DNA from: a virus
Lineage: Duplodnaviria > Caudoviricetes
IMG/VR virus record: IMGVR_UViG_3300042453_002905
Location: 1 to 59,692 of that record
Direction: 5' to 3' (one strand)
DNA: 59,692 nt
Under the pieces are notes generated by a model. The model was not told the DNA's origin, ran no database searches, and saw only the letters and a program-made list of their open reading frames with translations. The position numbers and the translations under genes were made by a program. Of the stretch, positions 51,489-59,692 are shown one piece after another (position 1 is the stretch's first letter; every line of letters begins with the position of its first letter).

Positions 51489-52847
51489 TCAGCTACCAGC
51501 GACGGCGGCGGTCTTCAGAGCCACCACGGGGCCGACTTCAGTCGTCGAGCCGAGCGAGTGATGGTTGATGTCGAACCGCATCGTGCCCTGCATCAGAAGC
51601 TGATCGGTGGTCGCGTAGACCTGATCGAAGAGCTTCATGCTGAACTCGCGACGAGCCGCGTAGATGCTGGAGAGGCCCAGGTTGCCGAAGAGCACCTTGA
51701 TCGCACTGCCGTCAGCACCCAGCGTGCTGTTGAGGACGTGTACCAAGGTCACTGGATATCCCATGAATGAGAGTCCAGCGTCGCCTGAGAGGTCGCCAAC
51801 GGCGTTGCCGCCGAGAGCGTACTTCAGGCGAGCGATCGACGCGGCGTAGCCAGCGGGGCTGACGTACCACCGAGCACCACTGCGAGCGTAGATCGGCAGC
51901 TTGCCGATCACGGCGAGGAAGTCCTCGACGTCGAGCGTCTCGAAGCCCGTGTTGCCGGAGGCGGCGGTCACGACCGAAGCGGTCGTGGCGTTGCTGCCGA
52001 TGGCACCCACGATGCCAGTGATCGAACCGTCGCCGGAGGTGCCGGCACCATTCCAGCCCACGGAATCGATCTTAAACGCGAGGCTCGTCCCGAATTCCTG
52101 CGTGACTTGATCGGCGATGTTCACATAGCTGGCCGAGTCCTCCAGCACTTCGCTCGACAGGCGGCAAGCCACCGCGAGCTTCTTGCTGTTGAGGGTCACG
52201 ACGTTCCATGCTGGATCGCTCTCGGTGATCGAGCCGCCTTCGGAGACGAAGTAGGCCGTCGTGCCGGTCGTCCGCTTCGGGATCGTCATCACGTCCCGAG
52301 CCAGCGTCACACGCTCGCAAGCCCCCGGCATGGTGCCGAAGGTTTCGACGAGTCGGATCACGCGGGCGGCGAACTCCTGCGGCACGAGATAGCCACCGGC
52401 CGAGTTCGATCCCTCGGAGAGGGCACGAGCCTCGACGCCGTGGTCACGGCACCACCGGATGTCGTCCTGATTCTTGAACACCGTCGCCCGAATCCACCGG
52501 CCGGTGCGATAGGCGTCTTCCACCGCCTGGGGGCCGTCGTTGAACGCCCGCAGTTCGGTGTGGTGTGGCAGCATGTGCCGAATCTCGACCTTCTTCTCGG
52601 CCGGAGCCTCGGCGACCGGAGCAGCCTTCGCAGGGGCGGCGGTTTCCACCACGGCCCGCAGTTCGGCTTCCTTCGCGGCGAGCTTGTGCTCGAAATCAAG
52701 GTCGGTCTTGACGACATCGGCCTCGTCGGAGAGCTTGCGGAGTTCCGCGGTCTGGTCGTCCGAACGCTCGGAGACATCGGTAAGTTCGGTCATCCGAGCA
52801 GCGATGGCCGCTGCACGATCCTGAAGACGCTTGAGATTGCTAGCCAT
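51489..52847 (-). CDS. Major capsid protein, HK97 fold with delta domain
   Basis: Coiled-coil N-terminus; GGYLVP and A.FV.EG motifs; AGGAG RBS. Confidence 0.95.
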   Translation of the reverse strand: MASNLKRLQDRAAAIAARMTELTDVSERSDDQTAELRKLSDEADVVKTDLDFEHKLAAKEAELRAVVETAAPAKAAPVAEAPAEKKVEIRHMLPHHTELRAFNDGPQAVEDAYRTGRWIRATVFKNQDDIRWCRDHGVEARALSEGSNSAGGYLVPQEFAARVIRLVETFGTMPGACERVTLARDVMTIPKRTTGTTAYFVSEGGSITESDPAWNVVTLNSKKLAVACRLSSEVLEDSASYVNIADQVTQEFGTSLAFKIDSVGWNGAGTSGDGSITGIVGAIGSNATTASVVTAASGNTGFETLDVEDFLAVIGKLPIYARSGARWYVSPAGYAASIARLKYALGGNAVGDLSGDAGLSFMGYPVTLVHVLNSTLGADGSAIKVLFGNLGLSSIYAARREFSMKLFDQVYATTDQLLMQGTMRFDINHHSLGSTTEVGPVVALKTAAVAGS

Positions 52848-52926
52848 AGTGGCCTTGCTCCTAAATGTGAGCCGGCCACGGGGCAAAAAGATGCTCGACG
52901 GCCGGCGGGTGAAAAAGTCCCGCAAG

Positions 52927-52991
52927 CACGCCGAGCGACGCAGTCCGCGTCACCCTCGCACTGTTCCTCGCAACGTCCGTCGCGAGGCGTG
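52927..52991 (-). promoter_or_regulatory. Capsid leader with two GGA-loop hairpins
   Basis: CCTCGCGAC-GGAC-GTTGCGAGG (52966-52987) and GACGC-GGACT-GCGTC (52937-52951), enclosed by CACG/CGTG. Confidence 0.6.
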
Positions 52992-53010
52992 TATTGTCTA
53001 CCCTTGTATC

Positions 53011-54126
53011 CTAGCGGGCGCGGCGGGGGCCGTGCAAGTTAGTCAGCATGAGTGTCTTCTTCAGTTGAGCGATCTTGCCCACGAAGTCGGTCGTGTCGAC
53101 GGCGACTTCGACAGTCACGTTCGGCTCGCTTCGCTCTTCGACAGCCGGCTCCTCGCTGCGGTCGGCTTCCATCGCCGCGACCTTCCGAGTGGCCCAGTTC
53201 TTCGCCGGCGTCCCGCCCCACAAGAGCCACGCCACAAATCCCGGCTTCTCTTCGCCCGGCGTGTCCCAGCCGGGCGACTTGCTCGCCGACTCGTGTCGTG
53301 CGAACCAGGCCCGCATCTCGCGGACGTGGTCGTCGGTGAGTTCCTCGCGAGCGGCGATCTTATTGGCACGAGCCACCGTCTCCGGCTTCAGACCGTCGCC
53401 GCTCTTGCCCTCTTTGTGCAGCCGGAGGCCACGCTTCGCCGCGGACGCCATGCCCGTGGTGGGCTTCAGGCTCACCGCACGCTCTTCTTCCTCGTCATCG
53501 ACGAAGCCCTCGATCTCAGTGTCGACGAGAGTGTCGTCAGCATCCTCGACCACAGGGCTATCCTCTCGCTGCTCACTTGTTTCCTCCACATTTTCTCCGC
53601 GGGCAATTTCCATCGCCCGCTTCGACACATACGTCTCGGTGGCGAGGTATGCAGGCTGGTCGACCGGCCCGGCGTCGCCCAGGAACGAGAAAGACCGGAT
53701 GCGTCGAACCTGCCGGCCCTTCGAGTCCTTCTCCCAAACCTCGTCCTTCGGATTCGTGCGGAAGGCGAAGCTCGATCCGCGGACGTCGCCACGCTCGATG
53801 AGTTCGACCACGTCGGCCGCCGAATGGGGCGGGTCGATCTCGTACCGCAGACCGCGATCGTCGACCATGAGTCGCATCGTGCCGCTGCTGGTTCGCCCGA
53901 TCACCCGCTCGTGGTTGTATTTGCCGAACACGTCGGGGCTTGACCGCATGACATTATCGAATGCGCCGCGTTCCACGATCTCGACGAAACCCCCCAAGTC
54001 CTGCGATTCGGACTCAAAGACGGCCGCGTACCCGCGAATGACCGTACGGCCACTCTCGTCCTTCTTTACCTCAAGGCCGGGAGCCTCGGCGAACATCCGG
54101 CGTTCTAGTTCGTGCGATCCGTCCAT
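53011..54126 (-). CDS. HK97-family prohead protease with C-terminal extension
   Basis: GYAAVF, F.E....GAF, NH...IGRT, SFAF and V..PAY motifs. Confidence 0.92.
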   Translation of the reverse strand: MDGSHELERRMFAEAPGLEVKKDESGRTVIRGYAAVFESESQDLGGFVEIVERGAFDNVMRSSPDVFGKYNHERVIGRTSSGTMRLMVDDRGLRYEIDPPHSAADVVELIERGDVRGSSFAFRTNPKDEVWEKDSKGRQVRRIRSFSFLGDAGPVDQPAYLATETYVSKRAMEIARGENVEETSEQREDSPVVEDADDTLVDTEIEGFVDDEEEERAVSLKPTTGMASAAKRGLRLHKEGKSGDGLKPETVARANKIAAREELTDDHVREMRAWFARHESASKSPGWDTPGEEKPGFVAWLLWGGTPAKNWATRKVAAMEADRSEEPAVEERSEPNVTVEVAVDTTDFVGKIAQLKKTLMLTNLHGPRRAR

Positions 54127-55712
54127 GATTCCGTAACCTCCTCGTATGCCTTGCCACTGCGGTGGCAGTCCAGTAGCAGATCGCGGGACTTCTCGCCCCA
54201 CGCTGCCACGAAGTCGTCAATGTCTCGGCCCGTCGCCTGTGCGGCGTCGCACAGTTCCGTCCGCATCCGCTGCTCGTGGGCCTCTAGCCAGGCCGTTAGT
54301 TTGGCCGGTTTCTTGCGCCGCTCCAGAATCCCGTCAGCCTCGATCGCGGCGAGGCGTCGAAGGGTCGACGTCCACAAAAGTTCTGCGGCGTCGCGGCCCT
54401 CGGAGCCTGGTGACGGCTCGCTCGCCGGGTCTGGCGACCCAGACGGCTCGACGGGTGCTTCGACAGGAGCCACGTCCGGTTCCTCGACCGCCATGCCGGC
54501 CGTCGGGTTCTCCAGCGTGAAGGCGTCGAGGAGTTGCATATTGACTTGGATGAATCGCTTGTCTCCTCGCTCGTCGGGCAGCGGGTTGTATCCGATGGCC
54601 GCGCGAACCTCGTCGACACTGAGGCAGCCCATGTGGAACATTTCACGCAGAAACTGCGAGCGGGCGGCATAATCGCCCGCCATCAGCGAATTGATATCGA
54701 ATTCCACGAAATAAGTTCGATCGTCGGCGATTAAATCCCTCCGAAACACGCCCTGCCAACGCCGCAAATGCGGCATGAGCGAAAACGTGACGAAGTCGAT
54801 CGCGGCCTGCTCGACGGTGGAGTGGCGAACGTCCTGTAGTTCGCCAATTAAATGGGCCGGCACGCGGTAGACCCTCGCCACCTCAAGGCACTGATAGCGC
54901 CTTGTCTCGATAAGCTGGGCGTTGACGTTGTTCGTCGTCAGTTCCTTGACGCTCATGCCATGCGGGAGCACGGCCGTCTTGAACGCCTTGTCGCTGCCGC
55001 GGTGCATATCCTCCCACGACTGCCGAAGCCGCTGGAGCGTTTCCGGCTTGTGTGGCTCACTGGTTTCGATCACCGTGCCGGCCCGAGCACCGTTGCCGAA
55101 GTACGCACCAGAGTGCAACTCAGTCGCCCGAGCCAGGGCAATCGCATCCCGCGATAAGGTCGTCGGGACGTAGCCCGTGACGCCGTCCTGCGAGAGCCAC
55201 CGCAAATGCAGAATCTGGTCTTGGGTGTATTTGTCGGGAACGACCTTATCGGGCGGCGTGTATTCGTAGCGTAGCCGGCCGTTTTCGAGTCGCTTAACCT
55301 CCATCCGCGAGGGATGCAGGGGGATCAGTTCCGTCACCGCCCCGCGCCGGCCTGACTTGATGAAGGCGTAGGCGTTGCCCCACAAGAGCAGCCACGACTG
55401 CATCAATTCGCGAAACTCGAACGAGGTCATCCACGAGTTTGGCTGATGCGCGATAACCTCCTGTAACGGAAGCTCGTCGGCGATCTCCTTGCCGCCACCC
55501 GGCAGCCGCCGGTAGACATTGAGCGGCAGGCTCGCGACGCTCTCGCTGATCACTCGAACGCAGGCCAGCACGGCCGTGCATTCAAGCGAGGTTTCCGGCG
55601 AGATATACACGCCGGCCGTGGTCTGTCGCGTTTCGCGAATCTCCTCGAAGACTCGCGACATTGAGCCGCTTCGCAATTCGACCATATCCTCGGCCACGGC
55701 GTCTTCTGGCAC
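54105..55712 (-). CDS. HK97-family portal protein
   Basis: V.ACV..I.E.VASLPL, PN..MT, L.GNAY and L.PL.P.R motifs. Confidence 0.95.
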   Translation of the reverse strand: MPEDAVAEDMVELRSGSMSRVFEEIRETRQTTAGVYISPETSLECTAVLACVRVISESVASLPLNVYRRLPGGGKEIADELPLQEVIAHQPNSWMTSFEFRELMQSWLLLWGNAYAFIKSGRRGAVTELIPLHPSRMEVKRLENGRLRYEYTPPDKVVPDKYTQDQILHLRWLSQDGVTGYVPTTLSRDAIALARATELHSGAYFGNGARAGTVIETSEPHKPETLQRLRQSWEDMHRGSDKAFKTAVLPHGMSVKELTTNNVNAQLIETRRYQCLEVARVYRVPAHLIGELQDVRHSTVEQAAIDFVTFSLMPHLRRWQGVFRRDLIADDRTYFVEFDINSLMAGDYAARSQFLREMFHMGCLSVDEVRAAIGYNPLPDERGDKRFIQVNMQLLDAFTLENPTAGMAVEEPDVAPVEAPVEPSGSPDPASEPSPGSEGRDAAELLWTSTLRRLAAIEADGILERRKKPAKLTAWLEAHEQRMRTELCDAAQATGRDIDDFVAAWGEKSRDLLLDCHRSGKAYEEVTESWTDRTN

Positions 55713-55713
55713 G

Positions 55714-57216
55714 CTAGATCACCATGATTTCTGGTTCGATGTCGGGGCCGCGAGGGTCGGCGCTCGCCAGGCCAATCGCCATGACGAGGGCCACGGCAGC
55801 GTCGATGCGGTATGTCGAGTTCGAGTGTTCTTTCGTGGGCTTTACATTCCCCGCTTCGTCAACCTTTACCTGCACGTTGCTCATCTGCCAAGCCAAGGCG
55901 GGGTTCCCCGCGTGCCTTAATTTTTGGGCCAGAATGAGCGCCTCAAGCGCCTTCGTCGGCGAACTTAAACTCGCGTACCCTTGTCCAAAAGGCTTAACGT
56001 CAATGCCCTCAGTGACCAACTGGGTGGTCAGATGCGTAGCATTCCATCGGTCGATGGCTACGGAACGGACGGAATTCTGCTCGCAGAACGAGAGAACGTG
56101 GTTCCGAATCGTGTCGTAGCAAACGATATTTCCTTCTGTCAGTGTAACAAATCCCTCTTTCTGCCATTGGCGATAAGGCACGCGGTCGGCCTTGCTGGCG
56201 CGATCGGCGTTCTCTTCTGGGACGAAGAGGTGCGCGTAGATGTCGTAGGTGCCGTCATCGTCAGGCCACACCGCCACGAACGCCGTCGTGTCCTGCGTGC
56301 TCGACAAGTCGAGGCCGCAGAAGGCGATTCGATCCGCCGTCGGCCGGAGTTCGCCGCTGTTCGCTTCCCAGGCACCGTGCCGGAGCCACTTGGATTCGGA
56401 ATTGACCCATTGGTTCAGGTGGAGCGTGCGGAAGACGACTTCCTCGGAGGGGGATTGCTTCGCCCTGGTCGACATCTGGTGGAAGTAGTCGGGCTTCAGC
56501 GTCACGTTGTAGTTCGGATTCGCACGCTTCCAAGTGATTTCAGAAAAAGGGTCATCGGAATCGTCGGCCGCGTAGATGCACGGCAGGAACGTCTCATCCT
56601 TGAGCACGCCGTCGCGAATCTTCTCGGCCCGCTGCCAGTCCTTGTAGCAGGGGCCAAGTTTGTCGGTGCCGGCCGTCGTGATGTAGATCGTCAGCGGCTG
56701 CGACCTGGCACCCATGCCCGTTTCGAGGACGTCGACTAGCTCTCGGTCGGGGAAGACGTGGTACTCGTCGATAAGGACACAGCTTGGGTTGTAACCATGC
56801 TTCGTGGCCGAATCACGACTCACCGTAATCATCGTCGAATTGGTTTCAGGGTAGACAATGCTGTTTCGGTATATCCGGCATCGCCTGGCAAGCGAAGGGC
56901 AGCTTTCCACGAACTGCTTCGCTGCGGTGTGAAGAAGGGCGGCCTGCGCCCTGTCGCCGGCCGCAACGATCACTTCAGCCCCGATGTCGTCGCAGCACAT
57001 CATGTAGAGGCCGACGGCGGCTGAAATCGCAGACTTTCCGTTCTTTCGAGGCAGGGCGAGGAGGCTCGTGCGATACTGCCGAAGGCCATCTGGCCGCTTC
57101 GTATTGAGCAGCTTGTCGAGGTACTCATCCTGCCACTGCTCCAGAACGAAGGGCTTCCCGGCGAAGTCTCCGCGGGAGTGCTTGAGCAGGGCGATGAAAT
57201 CGCGGATATCAACCAC
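55714..57216 (-). CDS. terL: Terminase large subunit
   Basis: PRKNGKS Walker A, DE.H, ITTAG, GLDLSS..D and IDAAVA motifs. Confidence 0.95.
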   Translation of the reverse strand: MVDIRDFIALLKHSRGDFAGKPFVLEQWQDEYLDKLLNTKRPDGLRQYRTSLLALPRKNGKSAISAAVGLYMMCCDDIGAEVIVAAGDRAQAALLHTAAKQFVESCPSLARRCRIYRNSIVYPETNSTMITVSRDSATKHGYNPSCVLIDEYHVFPDRELVDVLETGMGARSQPLTIYITTAGTDKLGPCYKDWQRAEKIRDGVLKDETFLPCIYAADDSDDPFSEITWKRANPNYNVTLKPDYFHQMSTRAKQSPSEEVVFRTLHLNQWVNSESKWLRHGAWEANSGELRPTADRIAFCGLDLSSTQDTTAFVAVWPDDDGTYDIYAHLFVPEENADRASKADRVPYRQWQKEGFVTLTEGNIVCYDTIRNHVLSFCEQNSVRSVAIDRWNATHLTTQLVTEGIDVKPFGQGYASLSSPTKALEALILAQKLRHAGNPALAWQMSNVQVKVDEAGNVKPTKEHSNSTYRIDAAVALVMAIGLASADPRGPDIEPEIMVI

Positions 57217-57691
57217 GCTTCTTCAGCAACTCGTCCATCGGATCGAGGACGACCTTCTCGGCGTGATAGCCAAGGCGGGTGCGGTCGGCCGGCGTGAGGC
57301 CGAGAACTGTTTCCAGTTGCCGCAGTTGCTCGTGGCAGTGATTGCTCTGGGACTGCCACTTGGTCGGGCGGCAGAACCGCAGAGAGCCGTCGGGAGCAAG
57401 AATCTCCCGCCAGCACTCACCCGACTTGGCTAGGTTCTTTTCAGCCTCCTGCCACTTGTCCCAAATGATCGCGTATCTCGCGATGACTTGGAGATCGGAT
57501 TCGGCGAGCGTTCCCATTCGCTGCGTGTGCTCGCAGACTTGGGTGAACATCTCGCGGGCCGGCTCTCGCATCCACTCCGGTGCCGGAGGCAGCGACTCAA
57601 GAGGCGTTCCGAGTTCCTCTCGGTAGTTCGCCTCTTTGCTGCCTCGTATCTGGAGGACGTGCTTCGGGAGTGGTGCCGGGCCTTTTGCCAT
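57209..57691 (-). CDS. terS: Terminase small subunit, P27 family
   Basis: GP.P.P, P.APEW and LGLTP..R.RL motifs. Confidence 0.9.
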   Translation of the reverse strand: MAKGPAPLPKHVLQIRGSKEANYREELGTPLESLPPAPEWMREPAREMFTQVCEHTQRMGTLAESDLQVIARYAIIWDKWQEAEKNLAKSGECWREILAPDGSLRFCRPTKWQSQSNHCHEQLRQLETVLGLTPADRTRLGYHAEKVVLDPMDELLKKRG

Positions 57692-57894
57692 GCCATCTAG
57701 TCTAGTCGCGTCGCCTGTGCGACGGCAAAGGAGTCTGGAGAGGCGTTTTCTCCAAATCGCCGAAAACCGATTTCCCAGGTGATTGGTAGTACTGTCGCTC
57801 GCGGCAGCCTCGGGGAACAGGCGGTCTGCCCGTCGAACGCCCCCCAACGGTGGGGGGCCATCCTTAGGGGGGGGGGTGCGATTTGGCCGGGCTG

Positions 57895-57959
57895 GGCCGG
57901 CGTCGTGGCCGGCGTCGTGGCCGGCGTCGTGGCCGGCGTCGTGGCCGGCGTCGTGGCCG
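57895..57959. repeat. 12-bp tandem repeat GGCCGGCGTCGT, five full copies plus a partial copy
   Basis: Read directly from the sequence. Confidence 0.95.
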
Positions 57960-57986
57960 AGTCTCTCAGCGTACCAAATGTCCAAA

Positions 57987-58032
57987 CACAATATTTTGTG
58001 GCGTTGGCGACAGGCCGCCACAAAATATTGTG
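57987..58032. repeat. Perfect 17-bp inverted repeat CACAATATTTTGTGGCG with a 12-nt spacer
   Basis: Arms at 57987-58003 and 58016-58032. Confidence 0.92.
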
Positions 58033-58048
58033 CTTCTCAACTCTACCA

Positions 58049-58077
58049 TTGACACTGGCCGACCACAACGGTACAAT
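58049..58077 (+). promoter_or_regulatory. Sigma70-type promoter TTGACA-N17-TACAAT
   Basis: Near-perfect consensus at the head of the plus-strand island. Confidence 0.85.
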
Positions 58078-58224
58078 GCCACAACCGCGGCCGGAAAACC
58101 GCGGTCACCACAACGTAGGGACAGGAACAATACCATGTCATGCCACACTATCCACAACCGATCGACCGCAAAAACTCATCGGAAAAACAGCCGGAAACGA
58201 CCGGAAGAAAAGGCTTCCACGATC

Positions 58225-59148
58225 ATGCAAGCTAGTGTAACGGTTGCACGTTACAACGGCCGTTTTCCCGTATTCTCGATCACATATACAACCGGGCAGG
58301 GCAAGACGTTCACGGGAGAATGGGATTCACGCCGGCCGATACTTTCAGCCAACAGCAAACTGAAAAAGGGATTCAAACGATTCCGAGCTATCGGGTTGGC
58401 CATGGCCCCATGGAAGTTTGCGGGTGGCGGGAATCTCTGTGCCATGGCATCGGCCGGTTGTATCGATGCATGCAATGGTTTGTGGGCTGGAATGAATGTG
58501 ACACTGTCAACACGGTTGGCGCTGATCGGCCGCGCCCGGTTGTACCTTGAATTCCGTCAGCTATTTCTCGAAAAGCTGACGGAAGAATTGCGGAATTTTG
58601 AAAAGCTTTGTCTACGTACCGGCAGAATTCCGGCCGTCCGTTTAAACGTATCAACCGATATTCCATGGGAGAAGGTAGCGCCCGGAATTTTTGCGGAATT
58701 CCGCCGCATTCGATTCTACGATTATTCCGCATATGCGGCCGATGTTCGCAGTTCGCTTCCAGCGAACTACCAGCTATGCCATAGCTGGAAGGAGCACACT
58801 ACTTTTGCATACGTTGAGAGTGTAATTTCCGCCGGCCGAAACATCGTTGTTCCGTTTGATTCCGCCTACGCTCCATCTCGGAAATTGTTTGGATCGCTCC
58901 CCGAGACGGTCGTTTTCCGCTGCAAGGATACCGGCCGGGAAATCGTTGTTTCCGTCGCGAATGGGGACAAGCATGATTTCAGACTGTCGGAAAATGACGG
59001 CCACGGCGTGTGTGTTGGCTTGCACGGGAAATCCGGCCGGTCGAAGGTAAATTCGGCCGTCGACTCTGGTTTCATGCGTCACCATGCCGAGGGTAAAACG
59101 CTGCGACGGAAAACTCTGCATATTGGAACGGTTGTGGTGCCATGCTAG
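58225..59148 (+). CDS. Gp88-like protein with a three-Cys motif (start 58135 or 58225)
   Basis: NLC...S.GC...C, RLNV.TD..WE and FYDY motifs; lower GC than the flanks. Confidence 0.7.
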   Translation: MQASVTVARYNGRFPVFSITYTTGQGKTFTGEWDSRRPILSANSKLKKGFKRFRAIGLAMAPWKFAGGGNLCAMASAGCIDACNGLWAGMNVTLSTRLALIGRARLYLEFRQLFLEKLTEELRNFEKLCLRTGRIPAVRLNVSTDIPWEKVAPGIFAEFRRIRFYDYSAYAADVRSSLPANYQLCHSWKEHTTFAYVESVISAGRNIVVPFDSAYAPSRKLFGSLPETVVFRCKDTGREIVVSVANGDKHDFRLSENDGHGVCVGLHGKSGRSKVNSAVDSGFMRHHAEGKTLRRKTLHIGTVVVPC

Positions 59149-59201
59149 GGGATCGACCGCCTCGTGTGGCCGGCGTGCTCGAGGATCAGCAGCCGTCGCA
59201 G

Positions 59202-59392
59202 CCCCCTGGACCATGGAAACCCGAACCATCCCCCGGCCGGCGAAACTCCACGCCCCCGACCATGGAAACCCGAACCATCCCCCGACCGGAGAAACGACAC
59301 GCCCCCGACCGGCGAAACGAGCGCAACCCCCGACCATGCAAACCCAAATTCTCACAATCCCAACTGTCCAACGAACCCCCGATCGTGGAAAC
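59202..59392 (+). repeat. Array of seven copies of the CCCCCGACCnnnGAAAC-type motif
   Basis: Copies start at 59202, 59230, 59253, 59279, 59302, 59327 and 59376. Confidence 0.9.
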
Positions 59393-59423
59393 CAGCGCAG
59401 AAACCGAGAAAAAGATTTTACAC

Positions 59424-59451
59424 TTGACCCGACTTGTGCCGATGCTACTCT
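59424..59451 (+). promoter_or_regulatory. Sigma70-type promoter TTGACC-N16-TACTCT with extended -10 TG and an AT-rich upstream tract
   Basis: Lies just downstream of the motif array and upstream of 59513. Confidence 0.65.
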
Positions 59452-59512
59452 TGTGATGTGGCCGGGCGACCCCGGCCGTGGAAACGAAAACCCCGAATGA
59501 GGAAACGCGACG

Positions 59513-59692
59513 ATGAAACGAGACATTCAATCCGGCGACCGCGTGAAGTATGCCGCAAAATTCCTGCGTTCGATTGGATGCCAGACCGGGCCGGCGTGCT
59601 TCGTGACTGGCACCGTGACGGCCTTGAATCGATACGGCGGCCGGTCAGGCGTCAACGTGGCGACGGTGGCGTGGGATGACCCCAACGAGGGA
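59513..59692 (+). CDS. Hypothetical protein, 5' part (continues across the circular join to 190)
   Basis: ATG at 59513 after GAGGAAAC. Reads MKRDIQSGDRVKYAAKFLRSIGCQTG... without a stop through the join. Confidence 0.8.
   Translation, partial: MKRDIQSGDRVKYAAKFLRSIGCQTGPACFVTGTVTALNRYGGRSGVNVATVAWDDPNEG
59566..59692. repeat. Terminal direct repeat, copy 2
   Basis: Identical to 1-127. Confidence 0.95.

Noticed and set aside
50184-54136. Long plus-strand ORFs opposite the head genes (similar cases at 6490, 19001, 20699, 31757, 48247)
   Set aside because: Antisense shadows of high-GC genes, with no RBS or recognisable motifs.
57692-58134. N-terminal extensions of terS and the Gp88-like ORF through the 12-bp repeat
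   Set aside because: They are open only because the repeat lacks stops; a promoter and better starts lie downstream.
59202-59392. CRISPR array
   Set aside because: Repeats are only 17 nt and vary internally, gaps are mostly 6-9 nt and partly duplicated, and no cas genes were seen.
1-59692. tRNA or rRNA genes, IS elements, stop-codon recoding
   Set aside because: No cloverleaf, rRNA-like or transposase sequence was recognised by eye, and genes are intact in the standard code. A tRNAscan run would be needed to be sure.

Overview
This window looks like one complete, circularly assembled, GC-rich tailed-phage genome of about 59.6 kb. Bases 1-127 are repeated exactly at 59566-59692, and an ORF reads through that join. 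The HK97-type head module, tail-chaperone frameshift, tape measure and lack of a sheath gene indicate a siphovirus. A Planctomycetota host is a guess from GACC Cys-rich repeats and csrA. Almost all genes are on the minus strand, in this order: terS, terL, portal, protease, capsid, glycosyltransferase, head-tail and tail genes, tape measure, Cys-rich proteins, two duplicated fibre operons, DUF551 genes, an integrase (plus strand), replication genes (SNF2, SSB-like, DCL/HNH, Prim-Pol, UvrD), csrA, small genes, VRR-NUC, FkbM, glycosyltransferase, membrane proteins, a papain-like peptidase and an HNH. A plus-strand island of about 6.5 kb (58049 through the join to 4945) separates HNH from terS. 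The most unusual signals are non-coding. (1) A 16-nt asymmetric motif, CCCCGRYCGKSGAAAC, occurs about 20 times, always on the plus strand and only in the island. (2) The phage encodes CsrA, and GGA-loop hairpins sit in the leaders of the capsid, glycosyltransferase, tail tube, tape measure, holin-like and csrA genes; one of these looks like a two-state RBS switch. (3) A promoter-like motif, AGGC(T/G)AC-N7-(-10 box), precedes late units, and the first copy overlaps the stop codon of a triple-HTH regulator. All calls were made by eye; no searches or folding programs were run.
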